Assembly (NCBI GenBank): GCA_022822185.1
Contig: JAJECE010000077.1
Location: 2,504 to 66,503 of the forward strand
Source: Rhodothermales bacterium
GTDB lineage: Bacteria; Bacteroidota; Rhodothermia; Rhodothermales; Bin80
Reading direction: 5' to 3'
Length of the DNA stretch: 64,000 nucleotides
Shown: positions 7,515-16,505 of the stretch, piece after piece
How the letters are laid out: each line of letters opens with the position of its first letter
Numbering within the stretch: the first letter of the stretch is position 1
Position numbers and translations under genes: made by a program
The notes under the pieces: model-generated
The model's database searches: none
What the model was told of the DNA's origin: nothing
What the model saw: only the letters and a program-made list of their open reading frames with translations

Positions 7515-9860
7515 TCAATGAATGATTGCGACTTTGCCATATGCCACCCCCTCCCCGTTTTTTCCTGAGGCAACAATCAGATACATCCCCGAAGGGACGA
7601 GTCGGCCATCCTGATCCCGACCATCCCAGATCCCCCGCCCTCCCCGTGCCTGCATTCGCCGCACCAACTCTCCATGCACTGCCATGACAGAAATTTCGGT
7701 CTCCGAAACCAGGCCTTCAATATAAATTTGAGGATCTGCACCGGTGGCAACCTCCGCCGGATTGGGATAAATAAATAAATCCCTCGTCCGCTCCGACGGC
7801 TGGATCGCATCACTAAGTACGCTGATGAGCCCTTTATCCGTTCCCAGAAAAACACGCCCACTGGCTCCTTCAACGGCTACCGTGGTTACGACATCTGAAA
7901 AAAGAGGAGAGTTATCAGATTTATAGTGTGCAATCTGCCTATATCCATCACTCTCCGAAATCAGGTAAATCCCATCCGGGGTTGCCATCCATAGCCGATT
8001 GGACGGATCTACTGCGATATCATTGACTCCCAGCCCGCGCAGTACATAGGTCCCGGATGTGCGATCTTTCCACACAGGCCAGACCGCCTGCAGAGCAGGA
8101 TCATTTGCTGCAAATGTACCACTTTGAAAATATGCCGGACCTCCACTGGTACCGACCCAAACCCGTCCGTTCAAGTCTTCTGCGAGTGTATGGATCTGGG
8201 TTCCCGGCAGCCCCGCGCCATTGGACCCGGGAGTTGCATAATATGTGCATACATCATCGGCTGCATCTTCAGGGGTCTCATTCGTGTCTAGAATGAGTAG
8301 CCCCTGGGTAATTCTCAAGTTCCCCCGATCCAGTAAAATGATCCACTTGATTCCGTTAGAATCAATAAGGATCTCCCCCAGCGCACTCGTCTGGATTGCA
8401 CCCTTACAGTTCGGTGGCAAAAGGCGGACCCATGTTCCATCGGGGGTGCGCACATGTAACGGATAAGGGGATGTTGTGTTGGTCACCCACAGTGTCCCAT
8501 CCTCTTCGCTTGCCACGCCCCCAACAATGATGTAATTTTGCGTTCCAGCTGCTGGAAGGAGCGTTGAATTGTTTTGGTCGTACGTCGTAATCACATCTCC
8601 AGGAGAGACCTGTGCCAAACCAGCACCGCGAGATCCGGCCCACGCAATCCCTGCACCATCCACATGTACCCGCCAATAACTCCCCCTTCCTGCCAACTCT
8701 TCAAAAAAACGCCCCGTAAAATTTGTCCATTCCTCGCTTGAATCCATGCGATAGAACCCGGCCCCGGAAATCCCCAGTTGTGCGGCAGCCCAGAGGCTTC
8801 CATCCGAACTGATCGCTAAATCTCCAAATGGGGAATCAAAGGGACCCTCAGGATAAAGACCTTTACTGACAAGATTGAGCGAGAGCGGCTCCGTCCCCTG
8901 TCTGTAATGATTCAACCCACTGCCCGCATCTCCAAGCCATACATCCCCTGCATTGTTCGTGGATACTGCACGCAAATCCTGATACTCTCCGACTAGAATC
9001 GTCTCTCTGCCATGGATATCATAGGCACGCAACCGGAATGGCGTTACCGCCAGAACATGATCATCAAGAACCCCAAAATCCAGAATCTCACGTGTACCAT
9101 TCCCAACCCGCTGATAGTTTCCGGCCGACATTCGCCTTCCCATCCCGAAAGGAGTCCCTACGTACAGATGTCCATGATGATAGACAATATCGGTGACCTG
9201 TGAAACCGGAAGGATCGTATTTTCGGATGTCCAGCTGCTTGGATCCTGAAGGCTTCTGCCTGAAAGCGGTGCATAGGCGATGCCTGCATCTGTGCCGACC
9301 CATATTCCTGTCCCGCCATCAGGGATCTGATTCACAACCACATCGTTGACCGGGGTGGCAGCTGGCAGTGCACCAAATCGGCTGTACGTGTCACGGACTT
9401 CATTGCGAACGGGATCAAAAACCACCAGCCCGAATCCGGTTGCAATCAGCAGGCTGTCTCCCTGCACTTCCATCGCATTAATGACCTTGAAGGGGAAGCG
9501 CTCACTTCGGTAGATATCGAAATAAGCGGTAATCTCGCCAGATGTGATCTCTAGCCGATCAAAGACTCCGTCTGCGTATCCAATCCATACAAATTGGCGC
9601 ACAGAATCCCACACAACTGCCTGCACATTTACATCATACAGGCCCTCGGCAGCCGTATATCGTTCAATCTCACCACTGTCCGGATTATAGCCGAAGATCC
9701 CCCCGGTGGAAGCAACCCAGACCATCCCCTCCCCCGCCGACATCCCCGTCACCTCACGTGCACTGGTGTGCGCGGTCCATGACCGTGCGGATTGTGCGCA
9801 AACCGATAGAACCGAGAAGGACACAACAAGTCCGATACCTATACATGTCAGTACTTTCAT
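7515..9860 (-). CDS. Double beta-propeller (two-component-regulator-propeller type) protein with T9SS C-terminal sorting domain; PorZ-like
   Basis: 781 aa with signal peptide MKVLTCIGIGLVVSFSVLSVCAQS. More than 12 blade motifs are present (VWVASTGGIFGY, VWIGYADGVFDR, IWVGTDAGIAYA, LYVGTPFGMG, VWVGTSGGPAYF, LWMATPDGIYLI, VFLGTDKGLISV). The last ~85 aa (LFIYPNPA...GMYLIVASGKNGEGVAYGKVAIIH) look like a T9SS CTD. Size and architecture match PorZ. The assignment rests on architecture only. Confidence 0.8.
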   Translation of the reverse strand: MKVLTCIGIGLVVSFSVLSVCAQSARSWTAHTSAREVTGMSAGEGMVWVASTGGIFGYNPDSGEIERYTAAEGLYDVNVQAVVWDSVRQFVWIGYADGVFDRLEITSGEITAYFDIYRSERFPFKVINAMEVQGDSLLIATGFGLVVFDPVRNEVRDTYSRFGALPAATPVNDVVVNQIPDGGTGIWVGTDAGIAYAPLSGRSLQDPSSWTSENTILPVSQVTDIVYHHGHLYVGTPFGMGRRMSAGNYQRVGNGTREILDFGVLDDHVLAVTPFRLRAYDIHGRETILVGEYQDLRAVSTNNAGDVWLGDAGSGLNHYRQGTEPLSLNLVSKGLYPEGPFDSPFGDLAISSDGSLWAAAQLGISGAGFYRMDSSEEWTNFTGRFFEELAGRGSYWRVHVDGAGIAWAGSRGAGLAQVSPGDVITTYDQNNSTLLPAAGTQNYIIVGGVASEEDGTLWVTNTTSPYPLHVRTPDGTWVRLLPPNCKGAIQTSALGEILIDSNGIKWIILLDRGNLRITQGLLILDTNETPEDAADDVCTYYATPGSNGAGLPGTQIHTLAEDLNGRVWVGTSGGPAYFQSGTFAANDPALQAVWPVWKDRTSGTYVLRGLGVNDIAVDPSNRLWMATPDGIYLISESDGYRQIAHYKSDNSPLFSDVVTTVAVEGASGRVFLGTDKGLISVLSDAIQPSERTRDLFIYPNPAEVATGADPQIYIEGLVSETEISVMAVHGELVRRMQARGGRGIWDGRDQDGRLVPSGMYLIVASGKNGEGVAYGKVAIIH

Positions 9861-9871
9861 TCTGGCCTGAA

Positions 9872-10381
9872 CTAGGAGAATTTTCGGAGTAGGGTTGCCA
9901 TCTCCAGGGCGGCCAGCGCAGCTTCCTCTCCCTTATGATCCGGACCGGCCCCGGAGCGCAGTTTGGCCTGCCCGATATGTTCCGGAGTGATCACCCCGAG
10001 CGCAATTGGGGTTTGGGTATTCAGCGCTACGCTCTGCAATCCACTGACACAAGAGTCACTGATGACTTCAAAATGGTAGGTCTCCCCTCGGATGACGGCT
10101 CCGAGAGCAATGACCGCATCATAAGTTTTACGCTGCGCCATGCGCTGCACGGTAAGTGGCAGTTCATAGGCACCAGGGCACCACCATACATCAATATGCT
10201 TCACCTTGTGTTTCGAGAGTGTTGCGATACAGCCATCTAGCAAATTTCGTGTGATGGCTTCATTGAATCTGCTGACCGCAATCCCAAACCTAGCAGATTC
10301 CGGCTGATCAAGGCTGCCCTTATATTCTGTTATAATCGGGGATATATTGTGGCTTGATGTATCCTTGTTTTTCTGGGACAT
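9872..10381 (-). CDS. ribH: 6,7-dimethyl-8-ribityllumazine synthase
   Basis: 169 aa. FGIAVSRFNEAIT..., WCPGAYELP and AVIALGAVIRGETYHFE are lumazine synthase motifs. It lies 11 bp upstream of the PorZ-like gene on the same strand. Confidence 0.95.
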   Translation of the reverse strand: MSQKNKDTSSHNISPIITEYKGSLDQPESARFGIAVSRFNEAITRNLLDGCIATLSKHKVKHIDVWWCPGAYELPLTVQRMAQRKTYDAVIALGAVIRGETYHFEVISDSCVSGLQSVALNTQTPIALGVITPEHIGQAKLRSGAGPDHKGEEAALAALEMATLLRKFS

Positions 10382-10568
10382 CGAAGAGAGTTTGCTACGA
10401 CATGCTCCCGTATACTCATTCGAATCCCTTCTGCTCCTTCCACGATACGGCTGCCAGCACTCCCTAAAGATCCCTGTGTACGGCTAGCCTGATCCAGGAA
10501 CCGGAGACGAAATCTAAAAACTTCAGATCTGCCGTCCTCTTTTTCTGCGCTGGCCGGATTTTCTATCC

Positions 10569-10605
10569 AAAAAAAATGCCGGCAGAAGCAGACTTCCTGA
10601 CCAGC
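10569..10605 (-). terminator. Strong intrinsic terminator with no annotated gene to terminate
   Basis: The minus strand reads GCUGG-U-CAGGAAG-UCUG-CUUCUG-CCGGC-A-UUUUUUUU. Stem segments are GCUGG/CCGGC (one G-U pair) and CAG(G)AAG/CUUCUG, with a 4-nt loop and a U8 tract at 10576..10569. It lies 188 nt upstream of the ribH ATG. Confidence 0.55.
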
Positions 10606-10870
10606 GCGGCAATCCTGTCAGCATGTCAGACGCTTTGCACCAAGATGCACCACAGGCAAAACCACCCCACATACCTTTACATGAATGCATCCGGTCGTTG
10701 AAGACGAACATCCCGACAGGGACATATACGCGTGGGCATACAATGGCTGATGTACGGGAGCAGATCTCCGGCGCATGGCCATCACGATCTTGATTCATTG
10801 TGAACAGGTGCATCTGGAACACTGGAGACATAATCCAGCCACTTTGATCTGATCAGTAACGAAACATGTC

Positions 10871-11096
10871 AGGATCTGCCCGTCTGGCAACCATGATTTA
10901 TTTTAAAATGGCGCTCAGACGGGGATCGCTCCTCTAACAGCCCGTGGATAAAGTATGATCAAAGAGTTAGACAACACAACTGCGTGTCGTAGATGGCCAA
11001 ACCATCTACTGTCTGCCCTTTTTGAAAATCTAAAGGGCGAAAAACCTCTCTTCATGGCCATTTTGAGTAGTCTAATCCCGAAAAATCAACCCAAAA
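10871..11096 (+). repeat. Conserved non-coding element, copy A (core AATGGCG-N5-ACGGGGATCGC)
   Basis: Contains GGATCTGCCCGTCTGG, AATGGCG (10907..10913), ACGGGGATCGC (10919..10929), CCCGTGGATAAA (10941..10952) and TGATCAAAGA (10956..10965). It also holds two local hairpins: GTAGATGG-ccaaa-CCATCTAC (10989..11009) and GCCCTTT-N10-AAAGGGC (11015..11038). Related to the copies at 21966..22030 and 33316..33719. Confidence 0.5.
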
Positions 11097-11400
11097 GCGT
11101 TACTCAGATTTTTCTGGACTTTATCCACAGGCTGCTAAGACGGGTATGGCTTTGGTCTCCTTCTGCCATCCTGGTTTCAGGAAAGGATGCGCCGGTTTTT
11201 TCTGCATTCTGACGATACACGATTCATGCCTGACTCCAGTTGTGTAATCTCGCCAACTTTGATAAGGAGACACATCACACGTCGGGGAAATTTTTCACTC
11301 ATGCACAGATTGTATTGGAATGATCAGCGGAGCATAGCGTTGAATATACTCAAGTACGTATTGAGTAAAGCAGGATGTGGTGGATTTCCTGCCATGAAAC

Positions 11401-13530
11401 ATGATTTCAGATAAAACTGCCCAAAAATTGGGGTTTAACACACTGGTTGTGTGGTTAAAGGAACGTCTAGTAAGCCCAATGGGAGCCGAGCAGCTCCATG
11501 CACTGCGTCCAGCGGCAGATTCAGTTGCACGAACGGCAGCACTAACCCATACGGAGACACTGCAGGGACATCTCCTGCGTGGAGATACGCTGCCGCTGCA
11601 GGATTTGGTGGATGTGCGGGCATATCTTGAACAGGCACGCCCCGATGGTGCCATGCTGAATGCAGAATCCCTGAATGAGGTGCGGAAGGTTTGTCGTGCA
11701 AGCCGGCGAATGCGCACCTTCTTCTCCAGAAAAAGCGACCCAATCCTGTCCAGATTCGTTCGTTCAATTATCATACTGCAGGAAGAGCTGGAACACCCCA
11801 TTGCGCATACCGTTGACGCAAACCGGAGGATCAAGGATTCTGCGTCCACAGAATTGCGCCAGATTCGGCGAAGGTTGCGGCAGCGTCAGCAGGCACTCAG
11901 GGAAAAATTTCGAGAGCTGCTGGCACAGGCAGTCCAGAAAGGGTATGCGGCAGAGAATCAGCTGACCATGCGGGCGGGTCGTATGGTTGTCCCGCTGCGT
12001 GCAGAAGCGAAGCGGAAAATGCGCGGATTTGTACATGACAGTTCCGCATCCGGACAGACCGTGTACCTTGAACCGGCAAGCTGTCTAGACCTGGGGAACG
12101 AGGTGCGCATACTGGAAGCACAGGAGCAACGGGAAATCGAACGGCTCCTGCGGGCACTCACCCAGCGCGTGAGCGAACAGGCCGGTGCAATTGAACACAA
12201 TCTGAGGATCCTCGGGAAGATGGATCTCCTGCACGCCAAAGCGCAACTGAGCATCCGGCTCGGTGGAGTGATCCCAAGATTATCGGAAGAGCCGGTGCTG
12301 AAAATTCGCGAAGGGAAAAATCCAGTGCTCCTCCTGACCGGCAAGTCCAGGGAAGTCATTCCACTGACGATATCCCTTGGCAGCGAACTACGAACACTGG
12401 TGATTACTGGACCAAATGCAGGGGGCAAGACCGTGGCCATGAAAACATGCGGACTCATGCTTGCCATGTTAGGGTGCGGGATCCCGGTTCCTGTACATCC
12501 CGAATCCGTCTTTGGCATCTTCCATCAAATTCTCGTGGAAATCGGAGACGAACAATCCATTGAACATGACCTCTCTACGTTCAGTGCCCGGGTTTCCGGT
12601 TTGCGCAGGATGTGTGATGCGGCAGACGAGGGAGTACTCCTTTTGGTGGATGAGATCGGAACGGGCACAGATCCGGCGGAGGGAGCCGCACTTGCGCAGG
12701 CGGTACTGGAGCAGTTTACCGCTTCCGGTGCACTAACGGTGGTGACCACCCACCACGGTACACTGAAAGCCTATGCACATGAAGCGGCGGGCGTAGCCAA
12801 TGGCTCAATGGATTTTGATGAAGACACCTTGCGCCCGACATTTCTTTTTCGGCAGGGACTCCCCGGATCCTCGTACGCATTTCGGATTGCCCGCCGCATG
12901 AAATTCCCCCCTGCTGTTCTGGCGCGGGCCCGCCAGATACTAGGCAAACCGGGCCTCTCCCTGGAAGCCCTCATCACGAGTTATCGGAACCGAATCGCAA
13001 AACTGGAAGCCTCCCGGAAATCTCCAAAACGGATGCCCCCGGATGCCCCTGCGCATTCTGTACCCGATCCTGCGGTGCGCAGAATGCCGGGCAAAGCAGA
13101 GCCCCTGCCTGCCGTGAAACTGGATGTCGGGCAGCAGGTCCTCATTGACGGAGGAAAAAATCCCTGCGAGATCCTGTCCATTCAGGGACACAACGCACTG
13201 GTTTCGGCCGGAAATATGCGAATGAAAGTTCCACTGAAACGGCTCAAACCCATTCAACGAACAAAGCTTCGACAAAAGGGGACATTGAATGTGTCCACAC
13301 CCCGGACCCGTATTGACCTTCGGGGGTTTCGGGTGCATGAGGCGCTTTCAGAGGTGGAAAAACTACTTGACCAGGCTGCCAGTGCGAATCTGTCTTCGGT
13401 CGAGATCATTCATGGTACAGGCACAGGCGCGTTGCGCAATGCTATCCATCGTTACCTGAAAACTTCCGAGGTGAACAAAACCTTTGAATGTCTGGATGCG
13501 AACCCGGGAGTTACGATTGTAAAAATATGA
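11401..13530 (+). CDS. mutS2: Endonuclease MutS2 (MutS family ATPase with C-terminal Smr domain)
   Basis: 709 aa. Walker A ITGPNAGGKTVAMK, DEIGTGTDP, and C-terminal Smr (IDLRGFRVHEALSEVEKLLD...IIHGTGTGALR). Confidence 0.9.
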   Translation: MISDKTAQKLGFNTLVVWLKERLVSPMGAEQLHALRPAADSVARTAALTHTETLQGHLLRGDTLPLQDLVDVRAYLEQARPDGAMLNAESLNEVRKVCRASRRMRTFFSRKSDPILSRFVRSIIILQEELEHPIAHTVDANRRIKDSASTELRQIRRRLRQRQQALREKFRELLAQAVQKGYAAENQLTMRAGRMVVPLRAEAKRKMRGFVHDSSASGQTVYLEPASCLDLGNEVRILEAQEQREIERLLRALTQRVSEQAGAIEHNLRILGKMDLLHAKAQLSIRLGGVIPRLSEEPVLKIREGKNPVLLLTGKSREVIPLTISLGSELRTLVITGPNAGGKTVAMKTCGLMLAMLGCGIPVPVHPESVFGIFHQILVEIGDEQSIEHDLSTFSARVSGLRRMCDAADEGVLLLVDEIGTGTDPAEGAALAQAVLEQFTASGALTVVTTHHGTLKAYAHEAAGVANGSMDFDEDTLRPTFLFRQGLPGSSYAFRIARRMKFPPAVLARARQILGKPGLSLEALITSYRNRIAKLEASRKSPKRMPPDAPAHSVPDPAVRRMPGKAEPLPAVKLDVGQQVLIDGGKNPCEILSIQGHNALVSAGNMRMKVPLKRLKPIQRTKLRQKGTLNVSTPRTRIDLRGFRVHEALSEVEKLLDQAASANLSSVEIIHGTGTGALRNAIHRYLKTSEVNKTFECLDANPGVTIVKI

Positions 13531-13696
13531 GACGAGTTTCCCCGTCTGATTGTGCAACCGGTATCTTTAGAGCAGATAATGCCGATTTCTCTTAAATTTA
13601 ATTTTAGGCTAATGCTGGAGTAACATCAGGGTAGGGATTTTCATCTCCATCCAAGTTAAACATGTCTCACAACCACTTACCATTCTTCTTTTCGAT

Positions 13697-16399
13697 ATGA
13701 AAACTCTTTTTACGATTTTTGTTTTACTCCTGATCCCCGGTTCTGTATTTGCGCAGGATACAATCAGCGGGACCGTAACTGACGCAGAGACCGGATTACC
13801 CCTTCCGGGCGCAACCGTTATTATTGCCGGCACGACTACCGGTTCTGCAACAGACAGCGATGGGATCTATGTAATCCGTGACCTGTCTCCAGGAAACTAC
13901 TCCATTGAGGCATCCTTTGTCGGATATGAGGGGGAATTCCGGTCGGTCACGCTCCAGGATGCAAATGTGGCGGTTAATTTTTCGATGCAGATCTCAAGTC
14001 AGGCATTGAAAGCCATGGAAGTATTTGCATCACGGGCCTTGAGCCGGCAAACCCCGGTCGCCTACTCAGACATTGAGAAACTTCAGGTTCAGCGTGAACT
14101 TGGTTCCCGGGATGTACCGCTGGTCCTGAATACGACCCCTTCCGTCTACAGCACCGCACAGGGCGGCGGAGCAGGCGATGCACGGGTGAATGTGCGCGGA
14201 TTTAATCAGCGGAATGTTGCCGTCATGATCAATGGCGTACCCGTGAATGACATGGAAAACGGCTGGGTCTACTGGTCAAACTGGGATGGCGTTGGAGATG
14301 CGACCACCTCCATTCAACTTCAGCGCGGACTGTCTGCCGTGAATCTGGCGACCCCGTCCATTGGTGGTACACTGAACATCATTACGGATCCCGCGGCCAA
14401 TCGCCGCCGGATCATGGCAAAGCAGGAATTCGGGAATGACGGATTCCTCAAATCAACGATTTCTGCGTCAACAGGATTGATTGATAACCGGTTTGCCTTT
14501 ACGGTGAGCGGAGTGCGAAAATCCGGTGATGGCTACTATGAAGGCACCTGGACGGATGCATGGGCCTACTACGCTGCCGCGGCATGGAATATTAATGATC
14601 GACATCGGGTTGACTTCTATGCAGTCGGGGCACCGCAGCGGCATGGGCAAAACCTGTACCGGCAAAATATTGCAGCCTACGACCACGACTATGCCCGTGA
14701 AGTTTTTGAGGCAGATGGACTGGATGCTGCAACGATCACCGAAATCCTGACCAGTTTCAGCGAGGGCGGACGACGCTGGAACCAGAATGTCTCCCCCGTT
14801 TCCGCCTCGTACACCAACGAACAGCACAACGGATTCGGAACCGTGACCCGGAACTCAAGAGAAATAATTAATGAGCGGGAAAACTTTTTCCATAAGCCCC
14901 AGGTGAATCTGAACTACTTTGCACAGTTGACCGATCAGTCACTCTGGTCCACCGTGCTGTACTACTCAGGCGGGAAAGGCGGGGGAACCGGGACACACGG
15001 ACGGATGCAGTGGAATTATAATGGTCCGTCCCGTGTGGTTGATTATGATGGGACGATTGCGGCCAATCAGGAGAACGGGGCATCACGCGGAATTTTGCGG
15101 AACAGCCATAACGTACAGTGGACCATCGGGGCAATCTCCAAATTCAAGCATGAACTGACCGATGCCCTGACCCTTGAAGCAGGCATTGACTGGCGCACCG
15201 CCTCTATTGATCACTATCGTACGGTACGTGACCTGCTGGGCGGGAATGGATATCAGCGTTTTGACAGTGATTTCTGGGGAGACGACGGCAAATTACTCCG
15301 ACCGGGAGACAAGTTCAATTACAATAACACCAATACCGTAGATTGGCTAGGCGGATTTTTACAGGGGGCCTACTCCAGTGGTGCACTCTATCTGTACGGG
15401 ATGGGAGGATATTCAACCATTAAGTACTCCCACGAGGATTATTTCCGGGATGCCGGAAATGGCACAACCTTTACAATTGAAACCGACCGGATCGGGGGAT
15501 ACCAGATTAAGGGGGGAGCATCCTATGCCTTCAGCGAAATGATTTCTGCATTTGTGAATGCAGGGCTGGTCTCCAAGGTGCCAATCCTTGACGGGGCGCT
15601 GAATGATATCACAGGAGTCTTGAATCCAGATCCTAAGAATGAGCAGTTCCAGGCACTGGAGGCGGGCATTTCCTATGAGTCTCGGGATCGGACATTGAAT
15701 ACCACCGTGAGTCTGTATCATACCGTATGGAATGATCGTACCCTCACGCGCACGGTTGTGGAGGAAGACGGGGACGATGGTTTAATCAACCTCCTTGGAC
15801 TCAATGCTGTACATCGCGGGATTGAGGCCGAGGCAGCGTACCAGCCGCTGGAGTTTGTTCGTGCGGATCTGGCCCTGTCCCTCGGCAACTGGCAGTATAC
15901 GGATGATGTTTCCGCCAGATATACGCCGGACCGCTCGGATCCATCCACTCAGGAGACCGTGTCACTTTATGTGAAGGATATTAAAGTAGGAGATGCGCCG
16001 CAGACGCAGATTGCCTATGCCGTCACCTTCTTCCCGGTGAAGGGGATGTACGCCAAGTTTACCGGTCGCTCCTATTCCAGCTATTTTGCAGACTTTGACC
16101 CATCCAGTCGAACAGATAAGGAACAGTCAGGGCAACAGGTGTGGGAGATCCCCAGTTATAGTGTCTTTGATCTCAACATGGGCTACACGATTCCCCGTCG
16201 TCTGGGCCCCGGAGAGATCCGCATATTTGCCAATGTATTCAACCTGTTTGATTCGTTCTATATTCAGGACGCAACAAATAATTCTCGCTTTAATGCTTTC
16301 CGCGGTAATGGTACGGGAGCAAACCGTGCGGATGACGCGGAAGTTTTCCTGGGGTTGCCGCGCTCGTTTAATCTCGGACTGCAGATTACCCTTCAATAG
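13697..16399 (+). CDS. TonB-dependent outer-membrane receptor with N-terminal carboxypeptidase-regulatory-like domain
   Basis: 900 aa. Signal peptide, then ISGTVTDAETGLPLPGATVIIAGTTTGSATDSDGIYVIRDL (CarbopepD_reg-like). The plug region is GAGDARVNVRGFNQRNVAVMINGVPVND, followed by a long beta-barrel rich in aromatic/Gly repeats. Confidence 0.9.
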   Translation: MKTLFTIFVLLLIPGSVFAQDTISGTVTDAETGLPLPGATVIIAGTTTGSATDSDGIYVIRDLSPGNYSIEASFVGYEGEFRSVTLQDANVAVNFSMQISSQALKAMEVFASRALSRQTPVAYSDIEKLQVQRELGSRDVPLVLNTTPSVYSTAQGGGAGDARVNVRGFNQRNVAVMINGVPVNDMENGWVYWSNWDGVGDATTSIQLQRGLSAVNLATPSIGGTLNIITDPAANRRRIMAKQEFGNDGFLKSTISASTGLIDNRFAFTVSGVRKSGDGYYEGTWTDAWAYYAAAAWNINDRHRVDFYAVGAPQRHGQNLYRQNIAAYDHDYAREVFEADGLDAATITEILTSFSEGGRRWNQNVSPVSASYTNEQHNGFGTVTRNSREIINERENFFHKPQVNLNYFAQLTDQSLWSTVLYYSGGKGGGTGTHGRMQWNYNGPSRVVDYDGTIAANQENGASRGILRNSHNVQWTIGAISKFKHELTDALTLEAGIDWRTASIDHYRTVRDLLGGNGYQRFDSDFWGDDGKLLRPGDKFNYNNTNTVDWLGGFLQGAYSSGALYLYGMGGYSTIKYSHEDYFRDAGNGTTFTIETDRIGGYQIKGGASYAFSEMISAFVNAGLVSKVPILDGALNDITGVLNPDPKNEQFQALEAGISYESRDRTLNTTVSLYHTVWNDRTLTRTVVEEDGDDGLINLLGLNAVHRGIEAEAAYQPLEFVRADLALSLGNWQYTDDVSARYTPDRSDPSTQETVSLYVKDIKVGDAPQTQIAYAVTFFPVKGMYAKFTGRSYSSYFADFDPSSRTDKEQSGQQVWEIPSYSVFDLNMGYTIPRRLGPGEIRIFANVFNLFDSFYIQDATNNSRFNAFRGNGTGANRADDAEVFLGLPRSFNLGLQITLQ

Positions 16400-16428
16400 C
16401 CTGACCGGATACATGGACGCACGTTTGA

Positions 16429-16486
16429 CCGGCGGGTGCGCAAAGTTGCTGACAAAAGTCTGAGGTTAGCACTGCGCACCGGCCGG
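16429..16486. terminator. Long imperfect hairpin between convergent genes (probable bidirectional terminator)
   Basis: CCGGC-G-GGTGCGCA (16429..16442) pairs with TGCGCACC-G-GCCGG (16473..16486): 13 bp with one G-G mismatch and a 30-nt loop. There is no clear U-tract. Confidence 0.45.
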
Positions 16487-16505
16487 CTGCGTGTGTTCAA
16501 GGAGA

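Noticed and set aside
10382-10800. An FMN (RFN) riboswitch would be expected upstream of ribH.
   Set aside because: I read the minus strand for the conserved RFN segments (GGGUGAAAUUCCC, AGCCCGCGA, GCCGACAGU.AAGUCUGGAUG). I found only a loose resemblance (GCUGACAGG ... GAAGUCUGCUUC) with the wrong spacing. I cannot call it without a covariance-model scan.
10523-10831. A 102-aa Cys-rich ORF (…CKGMWGGFACGASWCKASDM…) that could be read as a secreted peptide or RiPP-like precursor.
   Set aside because: The ORF reads through a strong intrinsic terminator hairpin and U8 tract (10605..10569) 15 codons before its stop. There is no signal peptide, no neighbouring modification or transport genes, and no recognisable family. 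I kept it only as context for the orphan-terminator finding.
10941-11096. The A/B repeat pair as a DGR template/variable repeat pair.
   Set aside because: Mismatches between the copies are not concentrated at adenines of one copy; only about half involve A, and the rest are G/T, C/T or G/A. No reverse transcriptase gene is present in the window.
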